Positions 50,045 to 62,187 of a stretch of DNA of 62,187 nt are shown piece by piece. This DNA comes from Chiloscyllium plagiosum (lineage: Eukaryota). The stretch's first letter is position 1. The number at the start of each line of letters is the position of its first letter. The notes beneath the pieces were generated by a model that was given only the letters and a program-made list of their open reading frames with translations, ran no database searches and was not told the origin of the DNA. The position numbers were made by a program, and so were the translations under genes. The stretch lies in the NCBI RefSeq assembly GCF_004010195.1, contig NC_057760.1, forward strand, positions 3,933,899 to 3,996,085. The letters run 5' to 3'.

Positions 50045-53000
50045 TTAACAAAATATCATCAAATACATTTATACTAAGGCTTAACCATGTCCTGCTACAT
50101 TGGAAAACCCAATAGCTTCAGCATAAACCTTACACTAGCCTGGTGTTATACCGTCAGTTCTGCTCCCTGCTACTAAACATGCAGGCCTTTTGAAAATGAT
50201 TTGTTTTCCATCAAATCATCTGCAGTGCTTAGGAGTCTGAATTGATCTTCCAGTGTTGCAAACAGAAGAACCTGACCACATCCTCAAAATTCCCTCTAAT
50301 ACTCATAATCAACTTCTTATTAAAGATATGTGAAGTTCCCAAGATGCCATCCCTGATGCAAGAACTCAGGTATTCAAAATTATGAACAATTATGACAGTG
50401 AAGGACATTCTGTTTCCACTAGCATATAGGTCAGTAGCCAGGGGTCACAATTTCAAGACTGTCAGCAAGAGAGCTTGGAGTGAGATGAGGAGAAACTTCT
50501 TTCCTCAAAGTTGTTAGGTTTTGGAGCATGCTACCTGGGATAGCGGTGATGGCGCACTCCACAGGCTGTTTAAAAAGACAGCTGGATATATATTTGAAAA
50601 GGTTGAATTTTGGGAGGTAGGGCTGGAGAGTGGGAATAGCTTGGTGGCTCTTTTGGGAGCTGGTACTGACATGATGGGTCAAATGGCCACCTTTTTTATT
50701 GTAAAATTCCAAGACTCTACAACTTAAAAAGGTTTTTCAGTGCCCAAGATTATCTCTGAAACAAAGAAAGAACAAAGAAAATTACAGCAAAGAAAATTTG
50801 GCCCTCCAATCCAGATTCTCTATCTAAGACATTTTTAATGACAGGATCAAATTACAGGCATGGAAGAGAAAATCCATGAAACACTGTAGTTAAACTTCTG
50901 ATTTACTGGCTATCATCTGGATACAAGGAATTTCTGGTGAAGAATTGTTGCATTTTATATCTTTGCTTTCAGTGTAAACAGATTGTAGAGTTTGTCATCT
51001 GACTTAATATATAGGTAAACTTCCAAATTTAGTAAAATATGGCATTAGGCAACTCAACATTCAGTTATCAGATGAAGGGTATTATGGCATGCATTGCCAG
51101 GTAAACAAGGCACGTTCGATGACTGGCACTCAAATTACCGCTTATTTATGATCAGATCAGTTATCCAAATAAAATACTCCCAGCCCATCTCATTCGGTTA
51201 ATCAAGGTTGTAGTGTAGAATGTTCTTTTGATACCTAACTCACCAAAGGGCTTCCTAATGATGCCAAGGAGCAAAAGATCCCTGCCTGCAGTTGTTACAA
51301 CATGCTCTGACATCTTTTTGTCTGATACAATGTAGAATAGATTGGAACTGCTACATTTCATTCACAGCCTACTGAGCTAGCTGATTTCAGCGAAGGTGAT
51401 AGAGCACTGCAGCAATAAATTACTACAGATAAATCTGCACTGAAAACAACAGATGGAGATCACAGTGGGTTGTCTCGACTTGAAACGCTAGCATGCTCTC
51501 AACTCCATGGATGCTGTCTGGCTCACTGTGATCTCCAGCAATTGTTGTTTTCAGTAATAGAGCATGGCAACTGGCTGCAGCGTACTCAGGTCACTGAGAG
51601 ATTATTGGGATGGTTTTAAACTCCTGATTACTGTCCTGCTGGAAACTGGATATGCTTCCAAGTGGTGGGTGAGGGCAGCATCAAGCTTGACTGAAGACCC
51701 GTCATCAAATATGCTGCTGACATTCTTGGCCTTGGGCTGACTCCGTAAGGAATGGCCGCTTTGACAATAAAATGGAGGTCAACAATATCTGCAGAACCTA
51801 AACTCTAGCAAGAACTAGCACATTCACGGCTTCAAAGGGGAGTGCAGGTGGAAACATTCAGATTTGGCTTATCTGGGTTTTCAAAACACAATAGGCTTGT
51901 AATAACAAGTAACAAACATGCTCAATTCTCATTTCATCACATTTAAAATTGCGACAAAACATGAACATAGCAGCAAGTAACGAAACTCAGGAAAGTAAGA
52001 TACATGTTAGCAAATTGGTATGGCAAGAGTTAATAACAACACTGAGAAGTAAAAGATTTCAGCTGATAATCCCAGCACATACAATACACAAAACGTATGG
52101 TTCTGGACATTCCTTTAGTCAGTCTCCACTCTGAAACATGACACTCGCTCCTCGTCTTCAGCGACCCCAATGACCCTGCTCAGTACTTTTTGTTTATTCC
52201 ATTGTGGCAAAATGTCAAAACTTATTGAGTCACGCCGGCTGCACTGGCGCCACTGTGTAAGGTACACCGACTCCATCCCATCAGCACAAGCACACCCCTA
52301 ACTCTCACACACAGCACCGAGCTGCTCCCACAGTTCATTCATAGGCTTAATCATCCTAGTATATTTGATCAAAACATAAAACATATGCAAACAAATTCAC
52401 TTTGACTCAATTCTATGTAGATTTTATCTTACCTAGACACACCATGTTGATCGAACACATAATTCATCAGAAAAATAATTGTTAAAAATCACACAAGACC
52501 ACGTTATAGTCCAACAGGTTTATTTGGAAGTACTAGCTTTTGGAGCACTGAACACACCAAATAGAGCTTTCCAAACCTTTTCCTTTTACAAACCCATTTC
52601 AACGCTTGAAAACTATTGCTATTCTTCAGTGAGAACAAAGCACAGGATGACAACTGTACAGCTTTTACACCCTGGTAAGAGCTCCATGACATTCTAGTTA
52701 GAAACCCATTTTAGGAAGCCCCACGCTATTAACCAAAACAAAACAAGGCATTAACAAAGACAACAAAAAAACAAAAATCAAAATGCCTAAGCAGTAAGAG
52801 CAGATTGGTGCTTCCGGTCTCTACCTTCCTTTCTCAATCTCTCCACCTTTCCAGCCATGCTTATTTTGCTTCCTCCTACCCACCCATATTTATTCCTACT
52901 CACTCATTCTTTCATCCCTTGTGTGCACCAACCTTGCTCTGTTGGCTCACTGACTTTGTATTTGTTTGTCTTTGCACTTCTTATCTGGCACCTCCACTTC

Positions 53001-53836
53001 CCTTTCATTAATTTCCTGCTTTGTTCCCTGCAGCCTGACCCTTGAAATATTTTCCACTGGTGAGGAATACTCTTTTGCAAAAAGGACACTTTTCTTTTCT
53101 CCTTACCTAGATTTTATCCAATTTAAAATAAAACCAGTGAGATTCTCTATGACACTGCTCGCTTTACCTTTAAACAGTACCTAATCTGAACTTTGGAAAT
53201 AGAATTGAGAAAAAACTTTGTACAGAGGTGACATAGTGGAGAAAACTGGATGAACAGCTGGTCTTTGTTTACCCAATATATTGGGAAAAAAAAACTAGCA
53301 TGAAATTGGTCAGAAATCACGAGACACCAGGTTATAGTCCAATAGATTTATTTGAAATCAAAGCTTTTGGAGCAGCACCATATCTTGCATGATATCCTGG
53401 TGCTGTGTGACTTCAGATCTTGTCCACCTCAGTCTAACAACAGCACTTGCACATCATCTCAAGAAATTGGGATTTTCTTACTTGAATAGAGGTGGGTTAA
53501 GGGAAGTCGGATAGAGTTCCTCAAAATTACGATGGGTTAACATTAAAATGTTTCTCAACCGGTTTGCTCATTAATAGAGATAGATTCATCAAAAAAGGAT
53601 TGGAAGGAGGAACTGAAGAAAATTACACAAAATCATAGAATTCCTATGGGAGGCCATTTGGCCCATCAACGCACTGAAGAGAATCCCACCCAGACCCAGA
53701 CCCAGACCCTATCGTATTCTGTAGCTCTGGCTAATCCACCTAGCCTAACGCATCCCTGAACATCATGGACAATTTCAGTATGGCTAATCCACCTAACTGC
53801 ACATCTTTGGACTGAGAGAGGAAACTGGAGCATCCA

Positions 53837-55782
53837 CCAGTACACCACCACCGTCACAGACTTTATCAGCAAGTGTGTGGAGGATTGCGTACCGAGGAAG
53901 TCAATCTGGGTGTTCCCCAACAGGAAACCCTGGATGAATCAGGACATACAGAACCTGCGAAAAACCAGGTGTGAGGCCTTCAGATCAGGAGACCCACTCA
54001 AATATAAGGAATCCAAGTATGACCTTCGCAGAGCCATTAAGACAGCCAAGGACCAATACCGATCCAAACTAGAGACCCAGACAGACACTCGGTGACTATG
54101 GCAAGGCCTGAATGACATCACAGGTTCTAAAAGGAGACAGTGCAAGATAGCAGACGATGACACATCCTCCCAGATCATCTCAATGCCTTCTATGCTCACT
54201 TTGAGCAGAATTTTGGCAGAGAGGGAACACCAATTCCAATAAGTCCTGATGAATCTATCCCAACAGTCACTGCATCAGAGGTCATATCAGTTTTCTTTCA
54301 TGTGAATCCAAGGAAAGCGATGGGACCAGACTGCGTACCAGGCCATGCACTCAGAGCATGCGCAGATCAACTGGCAGAGATCTTCTCGGATATCTTCAAC
54401 CTCTCCTGCAGCAGACCACTGTCCCTGCCTGTTTCTAGAGGGCCAACACCATCCCTGTGCCTAAGAAGGCATGTCTCAATGACTACCGTCCAGTGGCCCT
54501 AACTTCGGTAATCATGAAGTGCTTTGAAAGGCTGATCATGGCATTAATCAACTCCATTCTGGATCAGTGGTGCTGGAAGAGCACAGCAATTCAGGCAGCA
54601 TCCGAGGACAGGCAAAATCGACGTTTCGGGCAAAAGCCCTTCATCAGGAATAAAGGCAGAGAACCTGAAGCGTTAATCAACTCCAGCCTCCCCACTACTC
54701 TTGACCCACAGTTCAGCCTTCAACACTATTATCCCCTCGAGACTCATCACTAAACTTAATGATCTCAGACTAAGCCCCACTCTCTGCAACTGGATCCTCA
54801 GTTTCCTGACCCACAGGCCACAATCAGTGAAGATTGGGGACAATATTTCATCCTCACTAACACTTAACACTGGAGCCCTCCAGGGGTGCGCACCCAGCCC
54901 CCTATTGTACTCACTGTATACCCATGTCTGCGTCGCCAAATACCAGACTAATGACATTTACAAGTTCGCTGATGACACCACCATAGTCGGTCAAATCTCA
55001 GATGGCAACGAAACAGTCTACCGATGGGAGGTTGAAGACCTAGAAAAATGGTGCACTGAGAACAACCTAGCTCTCAACGCCAGCAAAACTTAGGAACTCA
55101 TTATTGACTTTCATGCCCCTCTACACATTAACAGCACAGAGGTGGAACAAGTGGAGAGTATCAAGCTCCTGGGAGTGGTCATCCACAACAAGCTTTCTTG
55201 GACTCTTCATGTGGACACACTGGTTACAAAGGCCCAACAATGTATTTTCTTCCTCGGAAAGCTGAGAAAATTTGGCATGATGGTGAATACCCTTGCCAAC
55301 TTTTATAGGTGCACCAGAGCATTCTGTCTGGATGTATCACTATCTGGTATGGCAACTGTACCATTCAAGATTGGAGACAGTTACAGAAAGTGGTGAACTC
55401 GGCCCTGACAATCACAAAGGCCAAGCTCCCATCTGAAGAATCCATCTACCAGGCCCGCTGTAAAGGAAAGGCTGACAGCATTCTCATAGATGCATCCCAC
55501 TCTGGCAATGCTTTTCTACAACCTCTACCATCGGGGAGAAGGTACAGAAGCCTGAACACACTCACCAGCCGGTTTCAAAACAGTTACTACCGTACTGTTG
55601 TTAGAATACTGAATGGACTCACAAACTCTTAGCATTCGCCGGTACCGGTGTTTTGGCTTTTGCCGCTGTTTACCTATTATTTACTTATCTAAGCTATTTA
55701 ACTATGTGATCCACCTGTATTGCTCACAAGACCAAGCATTTCATTGTGCCTCAGTACATGTGACAATAAATTCAATTCAAAT
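53837..55782 (+). mobile_element. Rex1/Babar-type non-LTR retrotransposon, 5'-truncated
   Basis: [88 protein letters not shown]; ends aataaattcaattcaa. Clade assigned from recalled motifs. Confidence 0.8.
54557..54672 (-). mobile_element. family A-related mini-element with canonical hammerhead core, 13-bp TSD
   Basis: Minus strand of 54620-54647 reads CTGATGA-A-GGGC-TTTT-GCCC-GAAA-CG-TC. TSD TTAATCAACTCCA at 54544-54556 and 54673-54685. Confidence 0.85.
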
Positions 55783-57087
55783 TAAAATCTGAAAGAAAAC
55801 CACGAAGAGACAGGGAGAATGTACAAACTCCACAGAAACAGATGGAATTGAACCCGGGTCCCTGATGCTGTCAGGCAGCAATGCCAACCAATGAGCTACC
55901 GTGCCGCCCACAAGTTAGAGGAAAATGCTTTACTACAAATATCTATTCAAGTAGAGGGTCATCCAATGATCTTTTGAATTATGTTTTCAATGTTTGAGAA
56001 GAATGTGGAGAAAGGTAAACTCCAATTCAAAACATTAGCACCAGAGCAAAGGGGTCATTGGCCTCTGCTTTAATTTCCAAATTCATAAAAACTGGTTTCC
56101 CCCGCCACTGTAATATTCTGTAAATAACATTCATGCCATACAAATGCCAGACAATGACCATCTCCATCGAAAGAGAATTGAACCATCGCTCAACATTCAA
56201 TGGTGTTGCCATCACTGAGTGCTCCATTACCAACATCCAGGGTTCACAATTGACCAGAAACTGAAATGCACCAGCTACATATATACTGTGGGTACAAGGG
56301 CAGGTCAAATGCTGGAAATCCTGCAATGAGTAACTCACTTCTGACTACTGAAAGCCTGTCCAGCTGATAGAATACCCACCACTTGCCACAATGAGTGCAG
56401 CTCCAACACTCAAGAAGTTTGACACCATCCAGGACAAAGTAGTCCTCAGGTTGAAAACACATCCACTCTTGACATTTAGCAAAGCAGTGTGCATCTTCTA
56501 CAAGATGCACTGTAGCAACTCATCATGATGCCTTCGACAGCACTTCCCAAAGCTGTGATCTCTACCACCAAAAACAGTCACATCCAACAAGCAATGCAAT
56601 AAATGGCTCTCTGAGCCCTTGTTCAAAGTCCAGATAAAAATAATTGGAAGATTTTTAAAATTGTCTGGTCAATCAGAAGCCATTTTTCTCCTGGTTATTA
56701 GATTTATTAATAAACCAAAAAACTATCAGCTACAAAGGCTGCAGAGAAACAATCTACCATTAGAAGAGTAACACAGTGTGAATGCTTTCACTCAGCCCGA
56801 GGCTGGACCCATAACAGAGTCTGTGGGATAGACAATGGGTGCCACTGCCTTGTGGAGGATGGGAATGAGAATTGGGCCATTGGAGTCAGATCACTATGTT
56901 GAGAGCAGGAAGGTGGAATGAGAGTGGGAGATTAGTGTGGTGGCGGACTTGAGTCTGAGCAAAGTAATATTAGCAGACAACTAAGCGCTACTTGTTTGTC
57001 CATCTTCCAAGGCAGTGAGGGACGAAGATTTTAACTGGCACACACAAGAACTTTACCAGTGGCAATACTGACTTTGGGCATGCTTCC

Positions 57088-57725
57088 TGTGACGATACTG
57101 TGGCTTTAAGAGGTGTATATTGTGCTTTTTTCTTAAATGAAAAAAGGGTGAGACAGTGGTGACAAGCCGGCTGTTCAAAGTCAATAAAGTAAACAACTTG
57201 GGAGGCCTTGGGGTTTTTTTTTTAAATGTTGGAAGAATAGAAGCAGTCTGAAAAGGTGGGGTCCAGCTCTGACAAAACCAGGAAGTTGAGTTTGAGCTTT
57301 TCGCATTTGATAGGGTCTTGAAGCTGGATGTGGAAGTTCTTATTCCTCTCTCTGTTACTGTTAAAAGTTGGGGATTCTCTTCCTGCGGCTAGAATTGCAC
57401 AAGAGGCAATCTAATTGACTGACTTTGCCAAGGGTGTGTTTACAGTATGTGATTATATTGGCATAGTTAATTAGCAGTAGTTAATTTATGTATTATTTCT
57501 TTAAGCATTTTGATAGTTACAGTTAAACCAATTCTTATACTTTATTTTTGCTTTGTTAGTATTTTAACTGCAGTGTAAAAATAAAGTATGTTTTGCTTAA
57601 AGTCAAATAGTTTTACCAATCGAACTGCATCTGGAACGCAGTGCATTACACTTACCTTTAAAATAAGAAAATGTTAGGGTTTAGGCTACCTTATATTTTG
57701 AGGTGGTTTGGTCTGGTCCATAACA
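57088..57725 (+). mobile_element. possible solo LTR
   Basis: TGTGAC...ATAACA termini with an internal AATAAA. No TSD visible. Confidence 0.45.
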
Positions 57726-58839
57726 ACAAGGATATCAATGTAAACATTCGAAAGTCCCATTAAAATGCCATTTTTCCCAGCTATTGAATTCTGTCAACAG
57801 CAAATCGGTCTTCTTCCAAAGGTAGCACAGCCCTCCATCTGCAGCCCAGGAATGATGGCTTTTTTTAATTGAAAGGAGGGGTAGGAAGTGACCAGGGTAA
57901 ATGGGAAAGAAGTGACAGGAGTTGGTTGATTGGAAGTGAGACTTTCACTTAGCAGCCATTCAAGATAGGTACTATTGTTTTGTGATGCTGCAGGATGAAA
58001 TGCTGTCAAACTCACTGTGAAAGTGAGGGTCACTTTAATGAGGCTACAATTTGACAGCTTTGTTCATTCTTTTCATTTCACTGCAGGGTCAGTGAACCTT
58101 AAACATTTAATCCCACCAAATTCATGTAGTCATTTGAAATGTTGTGCATTCTTCAGTTCCTCCCTGAAGGACTGGACATCACAATGCTCTAGACAAAACA
58201 GTCTTCCCCTTTAATCTGGTTCCTAACACAAGGCCAGTGTAACTTATTCCACTCTAAGATGCAACAAGCTGGACAAGTGAGGGGGGAAGCTGCTTTGCCC
58301 AGCTACAAAAGTCCTCTGATCCTCAGATCAGTACAAACAAGACAGCATCACACCCCAGTCATGCAATCCAGGGAAATCATTTTTATCACGTTAGCCATGT
58401 CTAAACTGGAAGAAATGCACTCTCCTTTGTAAAAGTTGTATTTAGATTAGGACATGGCATCAGTCGAAATAAACTAGAGCAACATTTACTATTCAAAGCC
58501 TGGCTTCAGGATTTCCCAAGGGGTGAAGGGAAATGGTTAAACAGTAACTTCACCTTGCACATTTTTAGCCCTAAATATTATAAATTTGAAAGGAATTAAT
58601 TTGACCTGCTCACCGTTAACTAAACAAATCACTTCACAAATCACAGTTCTAATCAATTTTCACAACTTCATTTGTAATTATGGCATCGAGGCTCTGGGAA
58701 GGTTAATAGCTTATCTTCAGTACAATGGCTTTGTTGCTAATGAAACTTTGAATAGTTCAAGGAGGGAACAATAATCACCAATTTATACAGTAGTACTGCT
58801 CCTGTATCTTACAAACTTATGAACTTGTAATGACATGAT

Positions 58840-60400
58840 AAGTTCATAAGTTTGTAAGATACAGGAGCAGTGCCATCGAGTCTGCTTTGTCATTTGATCA
58901 CGGCTGATATGCTCCTCACTCCATTTTCCTGCCTTCTTTCCATATCCCTTCAACCCATTATCAATTAAAAACCTGCCTAACTCCTCCTTAAATTTACTCA
59001 CTGTCTCAGCATCCACCGCACTGAGGTAGCAAATTCCACAGATTCATAACCCTTTGGGGAGAAGTAGTTTCTCCTCAACTCTGTTTTAAATTTGCTGCTC
59101 CTTATCTTAAAGAATGACCTCTTGTCTGAGAATGCCCCACAAGAAGAAGCATCCGCTCCACCTCTATTTCATCTATACCTTTTAATCTTCTCAGATACCT
59201 CAATTTCATCTCCCTTTATTTTTCTAAATTCCAGAGAGTATAGACCTAAATTTTTCAATCTCCCTTCATAAGACAAACCTCTCATCCCTGGGATCAATCT
59301 AATGAACCTCTTATGAACTGCCTCCCATCCCACTACAACTTTCCTCAAATAAGGCAACCAAAACTGTGCACAATATGCCAGATATGTTCACACCAATGCC
59401 TTATATAGTTGGAACAATACTTCCTCAACTTTATATTCTATTGTTTTAGCTCTAAAAGCTAACATTCCATTTGCTTTCTTGATTACCTATGTACCTGTAT
59501 GCTAGTTTTCTGTGACTCATGAACACGTACACTTAGACGCCTATGCACCAGAGCACCTAAAGTCTCTCCCCATTAAGATAATAGGTTGCCTTCCCATTTC
59601 TTCGGCCCAAATGCATGACCTCGGACTTATACACATTAAACTCTGTCTGCCACGTTTTGGCCCACTCTCCTAACCTATTTATATCCATTTGTAAGGTTCA
59701 TATTTCCTCATTGCAATTTACTGTCCTATTTATTTTTGTGTTGTCTGCAAATTTGGTTATACAGCCTTCTATCCCTGCATCCAGATTGTTAACGTAGAGT
59801 GTAAATAGCTGGGGTCCAAGGACTGAATGCAGTGGCACCCCACTAGTTACATCTTGCCATCCAGAATAAAAAACATTTATTCTGACTCTCTATCTTTTGT
59901 CCATCAGCCAGTCAGCCATGCAAGCTATAAAATTACCCCTAATTCCATATGATTCAACCTTGTGAATTAACATTTTGCATGGCACCTTATCAAATGCCTT
60001 CTATAGTCCAGATATATTACACCTACAGGATCCCCATTATACACTTTGCTTGTTACATCTTCAAAGAAGGAGAAAGTGATGCTGGAGATCAGAGCTGAAA
60101 ATGTGTTGCTGGAAAAGCGCAGCAGGTCAGGCAGCATCCAGGGAACAGGAGAATCGATGTTTCGGGCATAAGCCCTTCTTCAGGAATCATCTTCAAAGAA
60201 CTCTAGCAAATTAATGAAACATGTTCTGCCCTTCATAAAACCACGCTGACTCTGACGAATAGGTCTGACTTTCCAAATGTCCAGATACTGTTTTCTTTAT
60301 AACTGATTCTAACACTTTCACAACAAGAGATGTTAAACTAATTGGTCTGTAATTTCTCACATTTTGCCTCCCTCCCTGTTTGAATCAGGGCGTCACATTG
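58840..60400 (-). mobile_element. CR1 RT/3' portion
   Basis: VHKRFIRLIPGMRGLSYEGRL on the minus strand; 3' tail near 58840. Confidence 0.8.
60069..60187 (-). mobile_element. single-arm family A mini-element with 13-bp TSD
   Basis: TSD CATCTTCAAAGAA at 60056-60068 and 60188-60200. Minus strand reads CTGAAGA-A-GGGC-TTAT-GCCC-GAAA-CA-TC. Confidence 0.85.
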
Positions 60401-61379
60401 GGCTTCGGATTAGGGGGAGTAGATTTAGGACAGAGATGTGGGGATATTGCTTTTCCTCGACAGTAGTGAATCTATGAAATTCTCTGCCCAAGGAAGCAGT
60501 AGAGGCAGCTTCATTAAATATATTGAAGATGCAGTTGGATGGGTTTTTGCATGTTGGGGAAATTAAGGATTATGGGGATAATGCAGGTAGGAAGGGCTGA
60601 GACGACGGATAGATCAGCCATGATCTTAATGAATGGAGGTGCAAGCTCGACGAACCAAATGGCCTACACCTGCTTCTATTATAATGAAACTATTCGCCAT
60701 TTTCCAATCCACTGGAACCTTTTCCATGTCCAGAGAATTTTGGAATATTGTAACATTATATGCAAGATTATTTCAGATATACAACACACAGAAGCCATTC
60801 AAATCAACTAGTCCAGGTTAGGGTTTATGCTTCACTCGGGCTTCCTCCCATAATAAGCATCCCATATTGCCTTTGCCCTCTTACAGTTGGCTATTGCCTT
60901 AATGCATTCAGATAATTTGCTTCAACCATTCCTGGTGATAGCCAAGTTCCCACATCCTGACCAATCTTTGGAGAAAGAAATTCCTTCCAATTTTCCTTTT
61001 GGATTTCTTGGTGACTTATCTTCTACTAGTTTACAAAGTTAAAATTCACACAACACCAGGTTATAGTCCAATCTTCTATTAGTGACCTCCAACGCCATAA
61101 GACCATACAAATAGGAAAAGGAATAGACCGTTCAACCCTTCAAACCTGCTCTGCCATTCAACTGGATTATGATTTACCCAAAATTCCTCATGCCCACTTT
61201 TCTACCCTTCCCCATAATCCTAGACTCACCTACTGATCAAGAACCTATCATGGCCTTAAACAGACGTAAGGACTGTCTGTGGCAAGAAATTCCTCATGTT
61301 GGTCTTAAATTGGCATCCCTTAATTCTGAGACAGAGTTATGCTCTTTCACAAGTTTAAAGGCTTCAATATAATTTCAAG

Positions 61380-62187
61380 AGAACATAGAACATTACAGCG
61401 CAGTACAGGCCCGTCGGCCCTCGATGTTGCACCGCCCTGTCATACTAAACTGAAGCCCATCCCACCTACACCATTCTATGTACGTCCATATGCCTGTCCA
61501 ATGACGACTTAAATGCACTTAAACTTGGCGAATCTACTACCGTTGCAGGCAAAGCATTCCATACCCTTACTACCCTCTGACATCTGTCTTATACCTATCT
61601 CCCCTCACTTTAAAGTTGTGTCCCCTTGTGTTTGCCGTTCCCATACTTGGAAAAAAGGCTCTCCCTGTCCACCCTATCTAACCCTCTGATTATCTTGTAT
61701 GTCTCTCAACCTTCTTCTCTCTAATGAGAACAGCCTCAAGGCCCTCTGCCTTTCCTCGTAAGACATTCCTTCCATACCAGGCAACATCCTATAAATCTCC
61801 TCTGCACCCTTTCCAAAGCTTCCACATCCTTCTTATAATGTGGTGACCAGAACTGTACACAATACTCCAAGTGTGGCCGTACCAGAGCTTTGTACAGCTG
61901 CACCATAACCTCCTGGTTCCGGAACTCAATCCCTCTATTAATAAAGGCCAAAACACTGTATGCCTTCTTAACAACCCTGTCAATCTGGGTGGCAACTCTC
62001 AGGTATCTGTGTACATGGACACCGAGATCTCTCTGCTCATCTGCACTCCCAAGAATCTTACCATTAGCCCAGTACTTTGCATTCCGATTACTCCGTTCAA
62101 AGTGTATCATCTCACACTTGTCCACATTAAACTCCATTTGCCACCTCTCAGCCCAGCTCTGCATCCTATCTATGTCTCTCTGCAACC
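61380..62187 (-). mobile_element. CR1 3' end
   Basis: [34 protein letters not shown]; tail reads agaacatagaacat on the plus strand. Confidence 0.9.

Larger units (their letters stand above)
53633..55909 (-). mobile_element. V-SINE split in two (55791-55909 head, 53633-53836 body/tail) by a LINE insertion
   Basis: The halves rejoin into the core seen at 49578-49620 (gaaactggagcatcca | gaaagaaaaccacgaagagacaggg). Confidence 0.75.

Overview
Vertebrate genomic DNA, very probably from an elasmobranch (shark), judged from HE1/V-SINE-type SINEs and dense CR1-clade LINEs. It is not prokaryotic. The window is the interior of one minus-strand co-Smad gene. I traced seven consecutive coding exons with GT-AG boundaries and compatible phases: 49999-49825, 48143-48123, 38324-38091, 36537-36379, 31287-31174, 13853-13800 and 3928-3745. 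They total 941 nt and cover the MH1 C-terminal half, the full linker and the start of MH2. Diagnostic residues and a 21-nt microexon lacking the SMAD4 nuclear export signal point to the Smad4beta/Smad10 paralogue rather than canonical SMAD4. The first coding exon and the last MH2 exons lie outside the window. The introns are mostly nested, decayed mobile DNA: CR1 LINEs, a Rex1/Babar-type LINE, a Penelope-like (RT + GIY-YIG) element, V-SINEs, TA-targeting MITEs and solo LTRs. The most striking non-coding signal is a recurrent set of 90-240 bp insertions. They are often palindromic, mostly flanked by 10-13 bp target-site duplications, and each carries a minimal hammerhead-ribozyme core (CUGANGA-stem II-GAAA-NN-UH). 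They belong to at least three sequence families. There are two assembly gaps (about 9702-9719 and 30426-30925). Repeat boundaries were read by eye and are approximate.
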